Positions 25,094 through 36,563 are shown, counted from the first letter of the stretch. The stretch: DNA of 43,814 nt from an uncultured Erysipelotrichaceae bacterium (GCA_902788735.1 CADALJ010000006.1:1-43814), one strand, 5' to 3'. A program made the numbers and translations. The notes: a model not told the origin generated them from the letters alone.

Positions 25094-27229
25094 ATGACGT
25101 TAGAAGATTACGCTAATGACGTAGGAAAATCAGTTGAAGAGATTAAAGCGTTATGCGATAAGATAGGAATTAACTACGAAGATGAAAACACATTATTAGA
25201 TGATATTAGTATTACTCTTTTGGATAATGAAATGCAGGATGAAGAAGATTATATCGAAGGTGATATAGAAGTTTTAGAAGAAAAGAGAATTGAAGAAGAA
25301 GTAAATGATAAAGCTGAGGAATTAGCTCAAAATACTAATATTGATATGGAAGAACAATCATTTACAAAAGTTAAGCAAAATAAACAAGCTAAGAAAACTG
25401 AAACTGTTAAAAAAGACTTTCTAAAAGAAAGAAAAAAAATGTATAAGAATAAAGAAAAACTTCAAAGTAATGAAACTGAACAAGCAGAAAATGTTATTCT
25501 TTATAAAGAAGGTATGACAGTTACAGAACTTGCTGAGGCTTTAGGAATAGCTCCTATAGAATTAGTAAAAAAATGTATGGGATTAGGAGTTATGGCAGGA
25601 GTTAATCAATCACTTGATTATGATACTTCTGAAGTTTTAGTTACTGATTATAATAAAGTATTAAAGAAGGAAGAAACTCAAGATATTTCTAATTTTGAAA
25701 ATTATGAAATAGAAGATAAAATAGAAGATTTAGTAGAAAGACCTCCAGTAGTTACTATAATGGGTCATGTTGATCATGGTAAAACTACTTTACTTGATTA
25801 TATTAGAAAAAGTGATGTAGTAAGTGGAGAAGCTGGTGGTATAACTCAAGCAATTGGTGCTTATTCAGTTAAATATAATGATAAAAAGATTACTTTTATT
25901 GATACTCCAGGACATGCTGCATTTACTGAAATGAGAGCTAGGGGTGCTCAAATCACTGATATAGTTATTATTATAGTAGCTGCAGATGATGGTGTTATGC
26001 CTCAAACTAAAGAGGCAATTGATCACGCTAAGGCTGCAAATGTACCAATAATAGTTGCTATTAATAAAATAGATAAACCAGAAGCTAACGTAGATAGAGT
26101 TATGACTGGTCTTGTTGAAAATGGTCTTACTCCAGAAGAATGGGGTGGAGATATTATTGTAAATAAGATTAGTGCTAAGAGCGGATTAGGTGTAGATGAG
26201 TTACTTGAAAACATCTTATTAGTTGCAGAAATGCAAGAATATAAAGCTAATCCAAATAGATATGCAACAGGTGCTGTAGTAGAAGCTAGAAAAGATTCTA
26301 AAGTTGGTTCTATTGCTACATTATTAATACAAAATGGTACTTTACGATTAGGAGATCCTATTGTTATAGGTAACTTTGCAGGTAAGGTTAGAACTTTAAA
26401 AAATGATAAAGGTCAAAATATCGTAGAAGCTGGTCCTTCTACACCAGTAGAAGTAACTGGTATTTCAGAAGTTGCTACTGCTGGTGATAAATTTATGGCT
26501 TTTGAATCAGAAAAGAAAGCTAAAGAGATTGCTGAAGCAAGAACATTAAGATCTAAGAATGCTGATACTAACTTTAGTGGAATGAGCCTTGAAGATTTAT
26601 TTGGAAGAATAAAAGAAGGTGAAAAAGAAATTAATGTAGTATTAAAAGCAGATGTTAATGGTAGTTTAGAAGCTGTTAGAAATGCTCTTGAGAAAATTAA
26701 TGTTGAAGGAGTTAGTGTTAAAGTTATTCGTGGTGGAGTAGGTGCTATTACTGAAAGTGATGTAGTACTTGCTAGTGCATCTAATGCATTAATTATTGGA
26801 TTCAATGTACGTGCTAATAATTCTACTAGTGATATAGCTAAAGAATATGGTATTGATATTAAAACATATGATATCATTTATAAAGTAGTAGAAGATATGG
26901 AAGCTGCTATGAAAGGTATGCTAGATCCAGAATATGAAGAAAAAATACTTGGTACACTTGAAGTTAGACAGATATTTAAATTTTCTAAAGTTGGATTAAT
27001 AGCTGGATGCCATGTTACTAGTGGTTTGGTAAAAGTAGGAGCTAAAGCTAGAATTATAAGAGATGATATAGTTATTTATAATGGCTCTATTAAAACATTA
27101 CAACATGAAAAAGACCAAGTAAAAGAAATGAAGAAAGACATGGATTGTGGATTAACTTTAGAAAACTGCCAAGATTATAAAGAAGGCGATATTATAGAAG
27201 TTTATGAATTGGTGGAGATTAAGAGATAA
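25094..27229 (+). CDS. infB: translation initiation factor IF-2
   Basis: MGHVDHGKTTLLD, EAGGITQ, DTPGH, NKID. Confidence 0.98.
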   Translation: MTLEDYANDVGKSVEEIKALCDKIGINYEDENTLLDDISITLLDNEMQDEEDYIEGDIEVLEEKRIEEEVNDKAEELAQNTNIDMEEQSFTKVKQNKQAKKTETVKKDFLKERKKMYKNKEKLQSNETEQAENVILYKEGMTVTELAEALGIAPIELVKKCMGLGVMAGVNQSLDYDTSEVLVTDYNKVLKKEETQDISNFENYEIEDKIEDLVERPPVVTIMGHVDHGKTTLLDYIRKSDVVSGEAGGITQAIGAYSVKYNDKKITFIDTPGHAAFTEMRARGAQITDIVIIIVAADDGVMPQTKEAIDHAKAANVPIIVAINKIDKPEANVDRVMTGLVENGLTPEEWGGDIIVNKISAKSGLGVDELLENILLVAEMQEYKANPNRYATGAVVEARKDSKVGSIATLLIQNGTLRLGDPIVIGNFAGKVRTLKNDKGQNIVEAGPSTPVEVTGISEVATAGDKFMAFESEKKAKEIAEARTLRSKNADTNFSGMSLEDLFGRIKEGEKEINVVLKADVNGSLEAVRNALEKINVEGVSVKVIRGGVGAITESDVVLASASNALIIGFNVRANNSTSDIAKEYGIDIKTYDIIYKVVEDMEAAMKGMLDPEYEEKILGTLEVRQIFKFSKVGLIAGCHVTSGLVKVGAKARIIRDDIVIYNGSIKTLQHEKDQVKEMKKDMDCGLTLENCQDYKEGDIIEVYELVEIKR

Positions 27230-27573
27230 TGAGTATTAAGATAGAAAGATTAAACCATGTTATTCAAGAAGAAATAAGTAAGATTTTAATGTTGGAAGTA
27301 AAAGATGAAAATATTAAGTTTATAACTATAACTGGTGTTGATACTACAAATGATTTGAGTTTTGCTAAAATATATTATACAGTTCTTAATAAAGACAAAA
27401 AGCAAGAAGCACAAGAGTCTTTAGAAAAGGCATCATCATTTATAAGAACTAAGTTAGCATCAAGTATAGAGATAAGACATACTCCAGAATTAAGATTTAT
27501 TTATGATACATCTATTGCATATGGTGAACATATTGATGAATTAATAGAAAAAATAAAAGAGGAAGAAAAATAA
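27229..27573 (+). CDS. rbfA: ribosome-binding factor A
   Basis: DLSFAKIY, RHTPELRF.YD.S. Confidence 0.95.
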   Translation: MSIKIERLNHVIQEEISKILMLEVKDENIKFITITGVDTTNDLSFAKIYYTVLNKDKKQEAQESLEKASSFIRTKLASSIEIRHTPELRFIYDTSIAYGEHIDELIEKIKEEEK

Positions 27574-27633
27574 TTTTCCTCTTTTATTATTTATTTCAAT
27601 GTGTTAAAATTGTATTAGAGTAGGAGTGATATA

Positions 27634-28299
27634 ATGAAAAATTTAATTAGAAAAATATTATTCTTATTAGTGATATTGTTGTTACCAATAACAGTTTTTG
27701 CTAAGACTCCAAATAGAGAAGAAACATTTAAAGTAATAAGAAATATTAATAATGTAAATGTAGTTAATGGAGTAAAAATAGAATCTGCTAGTATAGATGA
27801 TAATTATATTACTCTTATGATAAATGGGCTTGAACAACAGATACCTTATACATTTTATGATAATAAATTTTCATTTTCTAGTGGATTTTTATTATTAGAT
27901 GATGATAATAAAGTAATAGGTGAACCGTTTGATAATGAATTTGCTTTCTTTATATATTCAATATTTGAGAGTAAGTCAACTATTCCATATGATGAAGAAA
28001 ATTATTATAATACGGATACTATAAAGAAAATAGTAAATAATAATTTTGCTACAGATTATAAAGAAAAAACAAATACTTTTGGTTTTAGTTTAGAAAAAGT
28101 AGAAGATAATAAATATAAAATTATTTATAATTATTATTTAGATGGAGATTATCCAGTATTAGAATATGATGAAATTGGTGATGATTTTGAAAATCCTGCT
28201 ACTGGTAGTTATAATGTATTAATAACTATAATGCTTGTATCTATTGTATGTTTAGGGGTATATACTTATTTTAATCCAATAAAAAGAAAAGATGTATAG
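27634..28299 (+). CDS. secreted protein with NPxTG sortase-like C-terminal signal
   Basis: signal peptide ending VFA; C-terminal NPATG, TM, KRK tail. Confidence 0.65.
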   Translation: MKNLIRKILFLLVILLLPITVFAKTPNREETFKVIRNINNVNVVNGVKIESASIDDNYITLMINGLEQQIPYTFYDNKFSFSSGFLLLDDDNKVIGEPFDNEFAFFIYSIFESKSTIPYDEENYYNTDTIKKIVNNNFATDYKEKTNTFGFSLEKVEDNKYKIIYNYYLDGDYPVLEYDEIGDDFENPATGSYNVLITIMLVSIVCLGVYTYFNPIKRKDV

Positions 28300-28311
28300 T
28301 TAGGGGTCTAT

Positions 28312-28869
28312 ATGAAAAAGAATAAAAAAGAAAATGATGTATGGATTTATGTATTATTATTAACTACATTATTAATATTAACTGAATCACTTAAAACATA
28401 TACATTTAGGGTAATGGAAGTTGATTTGACTTTTTCATTATTCTTATTACCAATTGCTTATTTTTTAATTGATTTAATTGCTAAGAAGTACGATTATAAA
28501 CGTGCAATTGCTGCAATAGCAGTTAGTGCAGTTATATTTACTAGTTTTAGTTTTATAATGGCATATTTTATAGAAAGTAATTATATTTTAAGAAGTATAA
28601 GTGGAGAATTTTGTGCATATGTAGTTAGTAGTTTTGTTAATTTAACTATTTATATGTTTTTACTAAATAATACGGAGACTCCACAAATATTAGTAATTTT
28701 TAATTATATATTTAGTTTAGTTGTATATTATATGTTTTATACACTTATATATTTAAATATGATTATATTTGATACTTATTGGATGGGTTATTTTATAACA
28801 TTAAGTATTCAAGTATTTATATGTATAGGTTTATCTATAGTAGATAGAAAAATTAAAAGAGGACAATAA
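28312..28869 (+). CDS. VUT/YhhQ-like membrane transporter (possible queuosine precursor uptake)
   Basis: multi-TM; LLPIAYFLIDLIAKKYDYKRA resembles the Vut_1 family motif. Confidence 0.5.
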   Translation: MKKNKKENDVWIYVLLLTTLLILTESLKTYTFRVMEVDLTFSLFLLPIAYFLIDLIAKKYDYKRAIAAIAVSAVIFTSFSFIMAYFIESNYILRSISGEFCAYVVSSFVNLTIYMFLLNNTETPQILVIFNYIFSLVVYYMFYTLIYLNMIIFDTYWMGYFITLSIQVFICIGLSIVDRKIKRGQ

Positions 28870-28895
28870 AAAAGAAGATTAAATCTTCTTTTTTT
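28868..28895. terminator. bidirectional terminator between convergent genes
   Basis: AAAAAGAAGATT/AATCTTCTTTTT inverted repeat. Confidence 0.75.
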
Positions 28896-29586
28896 AACGT
28901 ATTAATATGGAGATTAATATTAGGATTGTATTATGTATCATGTGAAGACTAATAGAAGTAAAAATATTATTTGTTTTATAATATGCATAAGCTAATGATG
29001 CTCCTAAAGCTCCATATGGTATTATAAATAAATAGTCAATCACTGTTTTAGAACTATTTATTACATGAGCTCCTCCAAATAATATAAATGATGATATAAT
29101 AAATATCCATTTGTTTTTAAATACATCTTTAAGAGTTTTTCTAAATACTATTTCTTCATTGAATGGGGCAAGTATACCTGCATCAATAATCATTAATAAT
29201 GGGAAAGATTTAATCATAGTTTGAACTACTTTTTCATTATTAGCTCCGCCTGCTTTTAAAATAATATTTAAAATATAATTAGTAATAAACATAATAAGTA
29301 GACCAATAATCCAATATCTAATACCAATATCCATATATTCTTCTTTATTTTTCCAAAAATCTTTAAAGTCTTTTTTTAAGTCTTTTCTATATATTATAAA
29401 AAATATAAAGAATATAATAACTGATGAGAAAGTAGATAATACTACTGACATTGTATCACTCATGTTTTTAATATCAATATTAAAAAGTTTTATAGGAATA
29501 TATTGTAAATATACGCTAAAATAAAAAATACATAGTATTAATACTCCTTTAATAATAAGTTTTGTTTTTTCATATTTTTTTTCCAT
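28894..29586 (-). CDS. CPBP (CAAX/Abi) intramembrane glutamic protease
   Basis: APFNEEIVFR, FGGAH, HMIHN. Confidence 0.9.
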   Translation of the reverse strand: MEKKYEKTKLIIKGVLILCIFYFSVYLQYIPIKLFNIDIKNMSDTMSVVLSTFSSVIIFFIFFIIYRKDLKKDFKDFWKNKEEYMDIGIRYWIIGLLIMFITNYILNIILKAGGANNEKVVQTMIKSFPLLMIIDAGILAPFNEEIVFRKTLKDVFKNKWIFIISSFILFGGAHVINSSKTVIDYLFIIPYGALGASLAYAYYKTNNIFTSISLHMIHNTILILISILIR

Positions 29587-29652
29587 ATAATCACCATAAT
29601 AAGAATATCATATTTGTTTTAAAAAGAAAAGTTGTAAATATATTAATAATAC

Positions 29653-29750
29653 TTGCAAAAAGAGTATAAAAGTAGTATAATCCTAGTAGTTGCCGGTACT
29701 CAGAGTAAGAATTTCCGACTTACCCTTAGTTCTAGGTGTATTATAAGAAA
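29653..29750 (+). promoter_or_regulatory. rpsO promoter and S15-leader-like 5' UTR
   Basis: TTGCAA-17 bp-TATAAT; structured leader with GTAAG/CTTAC pairing. Confidence 0.6.
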
Positions 29751-29762
29751 GGAAGTGTAAGA

Positions 29763-30032
29763 ATGGCTCTAACAAAAGAACAAAAAACAGATATCATCAA
29801 GAAATTTGCAAAGAGTAAAAATGATACTGGATCTGCAGAAGTTCAAATTGCAATCTTAACTCAAGAAATCAATGAATTAACAGATCACTTAAAAGTACAT
29901 ATTCACGATTATCATTCACGTAGAGGTCTTCTTAGAAAAGTAGGTCAACGTAGAAGTTTACTACAATATTTAGCTAAGAAAGATATTCAAAGTTATCGTG
30001 AAGTAATTCAAAAATTAGGATTAAGAAAGTAG
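29763..30032 (+). CDS. rpsO: 30S ribosomal protein S15
   Basis: [20 protein letters not shown]; AAGGAAG RBS before ATG 29763. Confidence 0.98.
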   Translation: MALTKEQKTDIIKKFAKSKNDTGSAEVQIAILTQEINELTDHLKVHIHDYHSRRGLLRKVGQRRSLLQYLAKKDIQSYREVIQKLGLRK

Positions 30033-30076
30033 ACACGTTTTTTCAGTGTCTATTTTTTTTAGGAAAGAGGTAGTAT

Positions 30077-32269
30077 ATGAAAAGTAAAAAACAAGTATTT
30101 GAGTTAGATTTTCATGGTAGAAAAATAGTTGTTGAACATGGAGAACTTGCTAAACAAGCTGATGGTGCAGTTTTAGTTAGATATAATGATACAGTTATTT
30201 TAACTGCAGCAGTTGTTTCTAAAAGTGTTAACCTTTTATCAGATTTTTTTCCATTAACAGTTAACTATCAAGAAAAACTATATTCAGTAGGTAAAATCCC
30301 AGGAGGATTTATTAAAAGAGAAAGTAGACCAAGTGAAGCTGCTACACTTGCTGCAAGAATGATTGATAGACCAATGCGTCCATTATTCCCAGAAGGATTT
30401 AAAAATGAAGTACAAGTTATTTCTACAGTTTTATCAGTAGATCAAGATTGTTCTCCTGAATTAACTGCAATGTTAGCTTCATCTTTAGCAGTATCAATTT
30501 CTAAGATTCCATTTAATGGACCAATTGCTGGAGTTAAAGTTGGTAGAGTAGATGGTAAATTTGTAATTAACCCAACTCCAGAAGAATTAGAAAGAAGTGA
30601 GTTAGAATTAACTGTAGCTGGTACTAAGGATGCTATTAACATGGTTGAATCAAGCGCTAAACAAGTTTCAGAAGATGTTATGTTAGAAGCATTAATGTTC
30701 GGACATAAAGCTATTAAAGAGTTAATTAAATTTGAAGAAAAAATCATCAAAGAAATTGGTGTAGAGAAAATGGAATATGAAACTCTAGTTCCAGAACCTG
30801 AATTAATTGAAAGAATTAGAGGATTAGTAACTAAGAGAATGGATAAAGCTCTTAGAATTAAGGATAAGTTAAAGAAATATGCTGAGATTGATGCAATTAA
30901 AGAAGAAATGAATGACTTATTCACAAAAGAAAATGAAGATACAATGAAAGAACAAGAATTAAAAGAATTACTTGTTAAAGTTCAAATGGTTGTATCTGAT
31001 ATTGAATATGAATTATTTAGAAGTATTGTAGTTAAAGAAAAATTAAGAGCTGATGGTAGAAAGATGGATGAAATTAGACCACTTTCAACTGATATTGATT
31101 TACTTCCAAGAACTCATGGTTCTGCATTATTTACTCGTGGTGAGACACAAGCACTTTCAATTACTACATTAGGTGCATTAAATGAACACCAAGTAATAGA
31201 TGGTTTATCTATGGAAGATCAAAAGAGATTTATGTTACATTATAACTTCCCACAATTCTCAGTTGGTGAGACAGGTAGATATGGTGCTCCAGGACGTCGT
31301 GAAATTGGTCATGGTGCATTAGGAGAAAAAGCACTTGCACAAGTAATTCCATCTGAAGAAGAATTCCCATATACAATTCGTGTTGTATCTGAAATCTTAG
31401 AATCTAATGGATCAAGTTCACAAGCTTCAATTTGTGCTGGATGTATGTCTTTAATGGCAGCAGGTGTTCCTATTAAAGCTCCAGTTGCTGGTATCGCAAT
31501 GGGTCTTATAACTCATGAAGATAAATATACAATTCTTACTGATATTCAAGGTATGGAAGATCACTTAGGAGATATGGACTTTAAAGTAGCTGGTACAGAA
31601 AAAGGTATCACAGCACTTCAAATGGATATTAAAATAAGTGGTATTAATGAACAAATCTTAAAAGAAGCATTAGCTCAAGCTAAAAAAGCAAGATTAGAAA
31701 TCTTAAAAGTAATCAAAAAACAAATTAAAGAACCTCGTAAAGAAGTTTCTAAATATGCTCCTAAGATGGTTACATTTAATATTAATCCAGCTAAGATTAA
31801 AGATGTAATCGGTAAAGGTGGAGAAATGATTACTAAGATTATTTGTGAAGCTTCTGGTGTAACTGAAGTTACAAATATCAATGCTGTTAAAGTAGAACTT
31901 GAAGATGATGGTAGAGTTATAATTTACCATTCAGATCAAAATATAATTGATAAAACACGTGCTATGATTGAAGAAATAGTAAGAGAAGTAGAAGTTGGAA
32001 AAGTTTATGAAGCAAAAGTAGTAAAAGTAGAAGACTTCGGATGTTTTGTTCAATTATGGCCAGGATGTGAAGGATTAGTTCATGTTTCTCAACTTGCTCA
32101 TGAGCGTGTTGAAAAAGCGGGAGACGTTGTTAAAGTAGGAGACGAAATAATCGTTAAAGCTTTAGGTACAGATAAAAAAGGTAGACAAAACTTCTCAAGA
32201 AAGGAAGCACTACCAGCTCCTAAGAAAAAAGAGAAGAAAGAAGATAAAAAAGAAGTTACTGAAAAGTAA
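30077..32269 (+). CDS. pnp: polyribonucleotide nucleotidyltransferase
   Basis: [32 protein letters not shown] and S1 domains. Confidence 0.98.
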   Translation: MKSKKQVFELDFHGRKIVVEHGELAKQADGAVLVRYNDTVILTAAVVSKSVNLLSDFFPLTVNYQEKLYSVGKIPGGFIKRESRPSEAATLAARMIDRPMRPLFPEGFKNEVQVISTVLSVDQDCSPELTAMLASSLAVSISKIPFNGPIAGVKVGRVDGKFVINPTPEELERSELELTVAGTKDAINMVESSAKQVSEDVMLEALMFGHKAIKELIKFEEKIIKEIGVEKMEYETLVPEPELIERIRGLVTKRMDKALRIKDKLKKYAEIDAIKEEMNDLFTKENEDTMKEQELKELLVKVQMVVSDIEYELFRSIVVKEKLRADGRKMDEIRPLSTDIDLLPRTHGSALFTRGETQALSITTLGALNEHQVIDGLSMEDQKRFMLHYNFPQFSVGETGRYGAPGRREIGHGALGEKALAQVIPSEEEFPYTIRVVSEILESNGSSSQASICAGCMSLMAAGVPIKAPVAGIAMGLITHEDKYTILTDIQGMEDHLGDMDFKVAGTEKGITALQMDIKISGINEQILKEALAQAKKARLEILKVIKKQIKEPRKEVSKYAPKMVTFNINPAKIKDVIGKGGEMITKIICEASGVTEVTNINAVKVELEDDGRVIIYHSDQNIIDKTRAMIEEIVREVEVGKVYEAKVVKVEDFGCFVQLWPGCEGLVHVSQLAHERVEKAGDVVKVGDEIIVKALGTDKKGRQNFSRKEALPAPKKKEKKEDKKEVTEK

Positions 32270-32317
32270 TTTCTTTTTTTTATTATTTATGTTATAGTAG
32301 GTTCAGGAGGTCTTTAT

Positions 32318-32692
32318 ATGGGTGAATTAATCAGAAAAATAATTAGATGGATTATATTTATTATTTTAGTAGTATTACTTATATTATTAATTATTAAATT
32401 AGCTAATAATGCTGGTACTACTAAAAAAACAAAGAAAGCAGTGGATTCAACTGTTGAAACTATAAAAAATAGTAAAAATTCTTCAACAAAAAAATCTACA
32501 ACAAAAAATGATGAAAAAGCAAAGAAAACAACACAAAATGACGAAACAAAGAAAGTAGAAAATACGACTACTACAACTTTAGAAGTAGAAGCACCAGATA
32601 CTTCATCTAATGGCTACTTATATATTTTGGGTATAATGGTATTAAGTAGTGGAGTTTATTATATTTATAAAAATAGAAAAATAAATAACTAA
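32318..32692 (+). CDS. small two-TM surface protein with Thr/Lys-rich linker and APDTS sorting-like motif
   Basis: N-terminal TM, low-complexity linker, APDTS, TM, basic tail. Confidence 0.6.
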   Translation: MGELIRKIIRWIIFIILVVLLILLIIKLANNAGTTKKTKKAVDSTVETIKNSKNSSTKKSTTKNDEKAKKTTQNDETKKVENTTTTTLEVEAPDTSSNGYLYILGIMVLSSGVYYIYKNRKINN

Positions 32693-32741
32693 AAAGATTC
32701 ATTATTGAATCTTTTTTTCATATATTTTATTAGGTGATAAA

Positions 32742-33578
32742 GTGAATAAAATATTTTATAGACTATTGATAATATTATTAATGATATTCAGTTTTTATTA
32801 TACTAATAAAATGATTGAATTTTTAAAAGAAAAAGATCCCATTATGAAAGATATAAAAAAAACTAGTTACAAGTATAAAGAAGATTCAACAGATGCATTA
32901 ATAGTTGGTAATAATATTATTCCAGGTAAAAAAGGAAAAGATATAGATTATAAAAAGAGTTATTCTAAAATGAAACAGTATGGTATGTATAATGAAGTAT
33001 TAACTGTTTTAAAAGATGTTAAACCAGTAATTTCTATTGATGATAATTATGATAAATACATAATAAGTGGTAATAGGGAAAAAAGAAGTATATCTTTAGT
33101 TTTTAAAGTATATAAAGATACAAATATTGATGGCATTTTAGATATATTAAGGGATGAAAAAATAGAAGCAAATTTTTTCATAGATGGTACTTATTTAGAA
33201 AACAATATATCAAAAATTAAAAATATGAAAAATCATGAATTAGGAATATTAAGCTATGATAATTCTTATGATAAAAGTTTGTTTGAAACTTCTATATCTT
33301 ACCTTGAGAATATATATGAAAAGGATGTTAAATATTGTTATAGTGAAAATAATATGGAAGTATTAAATTTATGTAGTAAATTAAAATTACATACTATTAT
33401 GCCTAGTTTAATTATTAAAAATAATTTATATAGAGAAGTAAAAAGTAATTTAGATAATTCTTTAATTATTAGTATTGATGTTAATAATTATAATATTAAA
33501 GAATTAAAAGTAACAATAGATTATATAAAAGGTAAAGGATATAAAATACTACTATTAAGTGATTTATTAAGTGAATAG
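32742..33578 (+). CDS. YlxY-like polysaccharide deacetylase family protein (degenerate)
   Basis: N-terminal TM, IIPGKKG, NFFIDG, HELG; near pnp as ylxY is in Bacillus; TFDDG motif absent. Confidence 0.65.
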   Translation: MNKIFYRLLIILLMIFSFYYTNKMIEFLKEKDPIMKDIKKTSYKYKEDSTDALIVGNNIIPGKKGKDIDYKKSYSKMKQYGMYNEVLTVLKDVKPVISIDDNYDKYIISGNREKRSISLVFKVYKDTNIDGILDILRDEKIEANFFIDGTYLENNISKIKNMKNHELGILSYDNSYDKSLFETSISYLENIYEKDVKYCYSENNMEVLNLCSKLKLHTIMPSLIIKNNLYREVKSNLDNSLIISIDVNNYNIKELKVTIDYIKGKGYKILLLSDLLSE

Positions 33579-33637
33579 AAAGAAATTGTTTGGAAAAATA
33601 CATATTTTATTGTATAATAAGTGATAGGGTGAAAGAT

Positions 33638-35815
33638 ATGTATTTAAAGGGAATAACAACATCTGGTTTTAAATCATTTGCTGATAAATTAGAAATAAAA
33701 TTAGATGGAAAAATTACATGTATTGTAGGACCTAATGGAAGTGGTAAAAGTAATGTAGTAGATGCTGTACGTTGGGTTTTAGGAGAACAATCAGTTAAAT
33801 CACTTAGAGGTGATGGTTCTATGACTGATGTTATATTTTCAGGTAGTAAAAGTAGGAATCCGCTTAATGTAGCATCAGTAGAATTAGTTTTTGATAATCA
33901 AGATCATTATTTAAATATTCCCTATACAGAAATATCTATTAAAAGAAGAGTATATCGTAGTGGAGAAAATGAATATTATTTAAATGGCGAAAAATGTCGA
34001 TTAAAAGACATTACTAATTTACTTATGGATACAGGTATGGGTAAAGAGTCATTTAATATTATTTCTCAAGGTGAAGTAGATAAAATACTTTCTAATTCAG
34101 CATATGATAGAAGGGTTATATTTGAAGAAGCATCAGGAATTTTAAAATATAAAAAGAGAAAAGAAGAAGCTCTTAGAAAACTTGATAGAACTCATAATAA
34201 CTTAGATAGAGTAAATGATATTATTACTGAGTTAGAGATGCAAGTTGGACCTTTAAAAGAGCAAAGTATTAAAGCTAAAGAATATTTAGAAAATAAACAA
34301 GGACTAGATAAATATGAAGTAGCACTCCTTGCTTATGACATTGAAAATTTAAATAATGAAGTAGAGAATACAAAAAAGAGAAAAGAAAAAGTAGATAGTG
34401 ATATTCAGACTATTTATAATGAATCTAGTAAAAGTGATGCTCGTAATCTTGATTCTTCTAATAAATTATCTAAATTAGAAAATGAAAAACAAGAATTAAA
34501 TAGTAAGCTATTAAAAGTAACTGAAGAAAAAGAAAAAATTGCTTCAGAAAAAGAATTATTAAAAGAAAGAAGTAAAACTACTAAAGAAGAAAATGTTATA
34601 AAAGAGGAAATTAGAGTAGCTTTAGAAACACGAGAAAAATTAAGTAATAGTATTTCTATAATAGAAGAAGATATTAAAGTTATAGTTAATAATAGTACTA
34701 AATTAGATAATGAGTCTATTGAAATAGAAAAAGAATTACAAAGTTTAAAATTAAAAAAGAATATGCTTAATAATGATTATTCTACTCATAATCAAGAATA
34801 TATTTCTACACTACATAAAATAGATAATTTAAAACTTGAAATAGAACAAAATGGTGATATGCCTAATAGTGTTAGAAATGTACTTAATAATACTAGTTTA
34901 ACAGGTATTCATAATACTATTGGTAATATATTAACTACAGAAGAAAAGTATGTTAAGGCTTTGAATACGGCAATAGCTTCTAATAAGAATTTTATTATTA
35001 CAAAAGATGAAGATGCTGCAAAACGTGCTATTAGTTATTTAAAAGATTCTCATTTAGGAAGAGCTACTTTCTTTCCTATGAGTGTTATCAAGGAACGTTA
35101 CATCGATTCTGAAAATTTAAATATATTAAGAAATAGTGAAGACTTTTTAGGAGTTATGTCTGATTTGGTTTCATATAATAGAGAATATGATTCTATTATT
35201 AAGAATCAATTAGGTATAGTAATTGTTTCTACTAATATGGATAGTGCAATTAGACTATCTCATATGATTAAAGCTAAATATAAAATAGTTACTTTAGATG
35301 GGGATCAAGTAAATGTAGGTGGTTCTTTAACTGGAGGTTCTATTTATAATGGAAAGAGTACAGTTATTTTAAAACAAGAATTAAACCATTTAGAAAGTAA
35401 AGCTAATTTATTAAAATTAGAAGAAGAAGAAATATCTAAAGAGTTATTAGAGAATACTAATATAATTAGTAAAACAGAAGAGAAATTGTTTAGTTTAAGT
35501 AAAGAAAAAGTATCATTAAAAGAATTATTAGATACTAAGAATAGTGAATTAAATAGTATTAAAGAAAAATTAGAGTTAACTAAGAAAGAGTATGAATCTT
35601 TAAAAACTATAAGTAATAATTCTGTTAGTAAAAAAGAAGAAGAATTGATCAAATTGTTTCATGAAAAAGAATCAGAGAAAGAAAAAATTGAGATTAAATT
35701 AAAATCTCTTAATAAGGAGATTAGTGATTTAAAAGAAAAAATAGAAAAAGATTTAGCAGATGATAAGTTAAAGAATAGTGAATTACGTAATTATGTTAGA
35801 AATACTTGCTACTGA
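33638..35815 (+). CDS. smc: chromosome segregation protein SMC, N-terminal part (frameshifted)
   Basis: GFKSFA, Walker A GPNGSGKS, ISQG Q-loop, hinge GRATF. Confidence 0.92.
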   Translation: MYLKGITTSGFKSFADKLEIKLDGKITCIVGPNGSGKSNVVDAVRWVLGEQSVKSLRGDGSMTDVIFSGSKSRNPLNVASVELVFDNQDHYLNIPYTEISIKRRVYRSGENEYYLNGEKCRLKDITNLLMDTGMGKESFNIISQGEVDKILSNSAYDRRVIFEEASGILKYKKRKEEALRKLDRTHNNLDRVNDIITELEMQVGPLKEQSIKAKEYLENKQGLDKYEVALLAYDIENLNNEVENTKKRKEKVDSDIQTIYNESSKSDARNLDSSNKLSKLENEKQELNSKLLKVTEEKEKIASEKELLKERSKTTKEENVIKEEIRVALETREKLSNSISIIEEDIKVIVNNSTKLDNESIEIEKELQSLKLKKNMLNNDYSTHNQEYISTLHKIDNLKLEIEQNGDMPNSVRNVLNNTSLTGIHNTIGNILTTEEKYVKALNTAIASNKNFIITKDEDAAKRAISYLKDSHLGRATFFPMSVIKERYIDSENLNILRNSEDFLGVMSDLVSYNREYDSIIKNQLGIVIVSTNMDSAIRLSHMIKAKYKIVTLDGDQVNVGGSLTGGSIYNGKSTVILKQELNHLESKANLLKLEEEEISKELLENTNIISKTEEKLFSLSKEKVSLKELLDTKNSELNSIKEKLELTKKEYESLKTISNNSVSKKEEELIKLFHEKESEKEKIEIKLKSLNKEISDLKEKIEKDLADDKLKNSELRNYVRNTCY

Positions 35816-36530
35816 TTATGAATTGACTTTTGAAAAAGCCAAGAGTGATTATGTTTTAGATATTGAACCTGATGAAGCAAGAGTTCTTGTTAATAAATAT
35901 AGAGCTAATATTAAACGTATTGGTATGGTTAATTTAGATGCTATAGAAGAATATGAAAAAGTAAATACAAGATATGTTTTCTTAACTAATCAAAGAGAAG
36001 ATTTATTAAATGCTGAAAATACATTATTAGAAATTATGAATGAGATGGATGATGTAATGAAAGAGGAATTTGCTACTACATTTGAACAAATTAAAGTAGA
36101 ATTTCAAAATGTATTTAAAGAGTTATTTAAAGGTGGTAAAGCAGATCTTAAATTAACTAATCCAGAAGATTTATTAAATACTGGAGTAGAAATAGTTGCT
36201 TCTCCTCCTGGAAAGAAACTTACTACTATTTCATTACTTAGTGGTGGAGAAAAAACATTAACTGCAATTAGTTTATTATTTGCCATACTTAATGTAAGAA
36301 CAGTGCCTTTCTGTATATTTGATGAAGTTGAAGCTGCACTAGATGAAGCTAACGTTGCAGGATTTGGTGAATACTTATCTAATTATAAAGATAAGACACA
36401 ATTTTTGATAATTACGCATAAGAAAAAGACTATGGAATATGCTAATACACTTTATGGTATTACAATGCAAGAGTCTGGTGTATCAAAACTTGTTAGTGTT
36501 AAGTTAGAACAACACGAAGAATTTTTATAA
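35778..36530 (+). CDS. smc: SMC C-terminal part (coiled coil and head)
   Basis: GMVN, LSGGEK signature, FDEVEAALD, ITH. Confidence 0.92.
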   Translation: MNYVIMLEILATDYELTFEKAKSDYVLDIEPDEARVLVNKYRANIKRIGMVNLDAIEEYEKVNTRYVFLTNQREDLLNAENTLLEIMNEMDDVMKEEFATTFEQIKVEFQNVFKELFKGGKADLKLTNPEDLLNTGVEIVASPPGKKLTTISLLSGGEKTLTAISLLFAILNVRTVPFCIFDEVEAALDEANVAGFGEYLSNYKDKTQFLIITHKKKTMEYANTLYGITMQESGVSKLVSVKLEQHEEFL

Positions 36531-36563
36531 AAAAAAGAGATCATTTAGATCTCTTTATTTTTT
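36529..36563. terminator. bidirectional terminator between smc and the kinase-like cluster
   Basis: AAAGAGATC/GATCTCTTT flanked by A and T runs. Confidence 0.65.

Noticed and set aside
28270-28312. preQ1 riboswitch upstream of the VUT-like gene
   Set aside because: The intergenic gap is only 12 bp and no preQ1 motif is visible.
35790-35815. Programmed frameshift or TGA recoding in smc
   Set aside because: No slippery site or stimulatory hairpin; read-through would not restore the frame; TGA serves as an ordinary stop elsewhere in the window.
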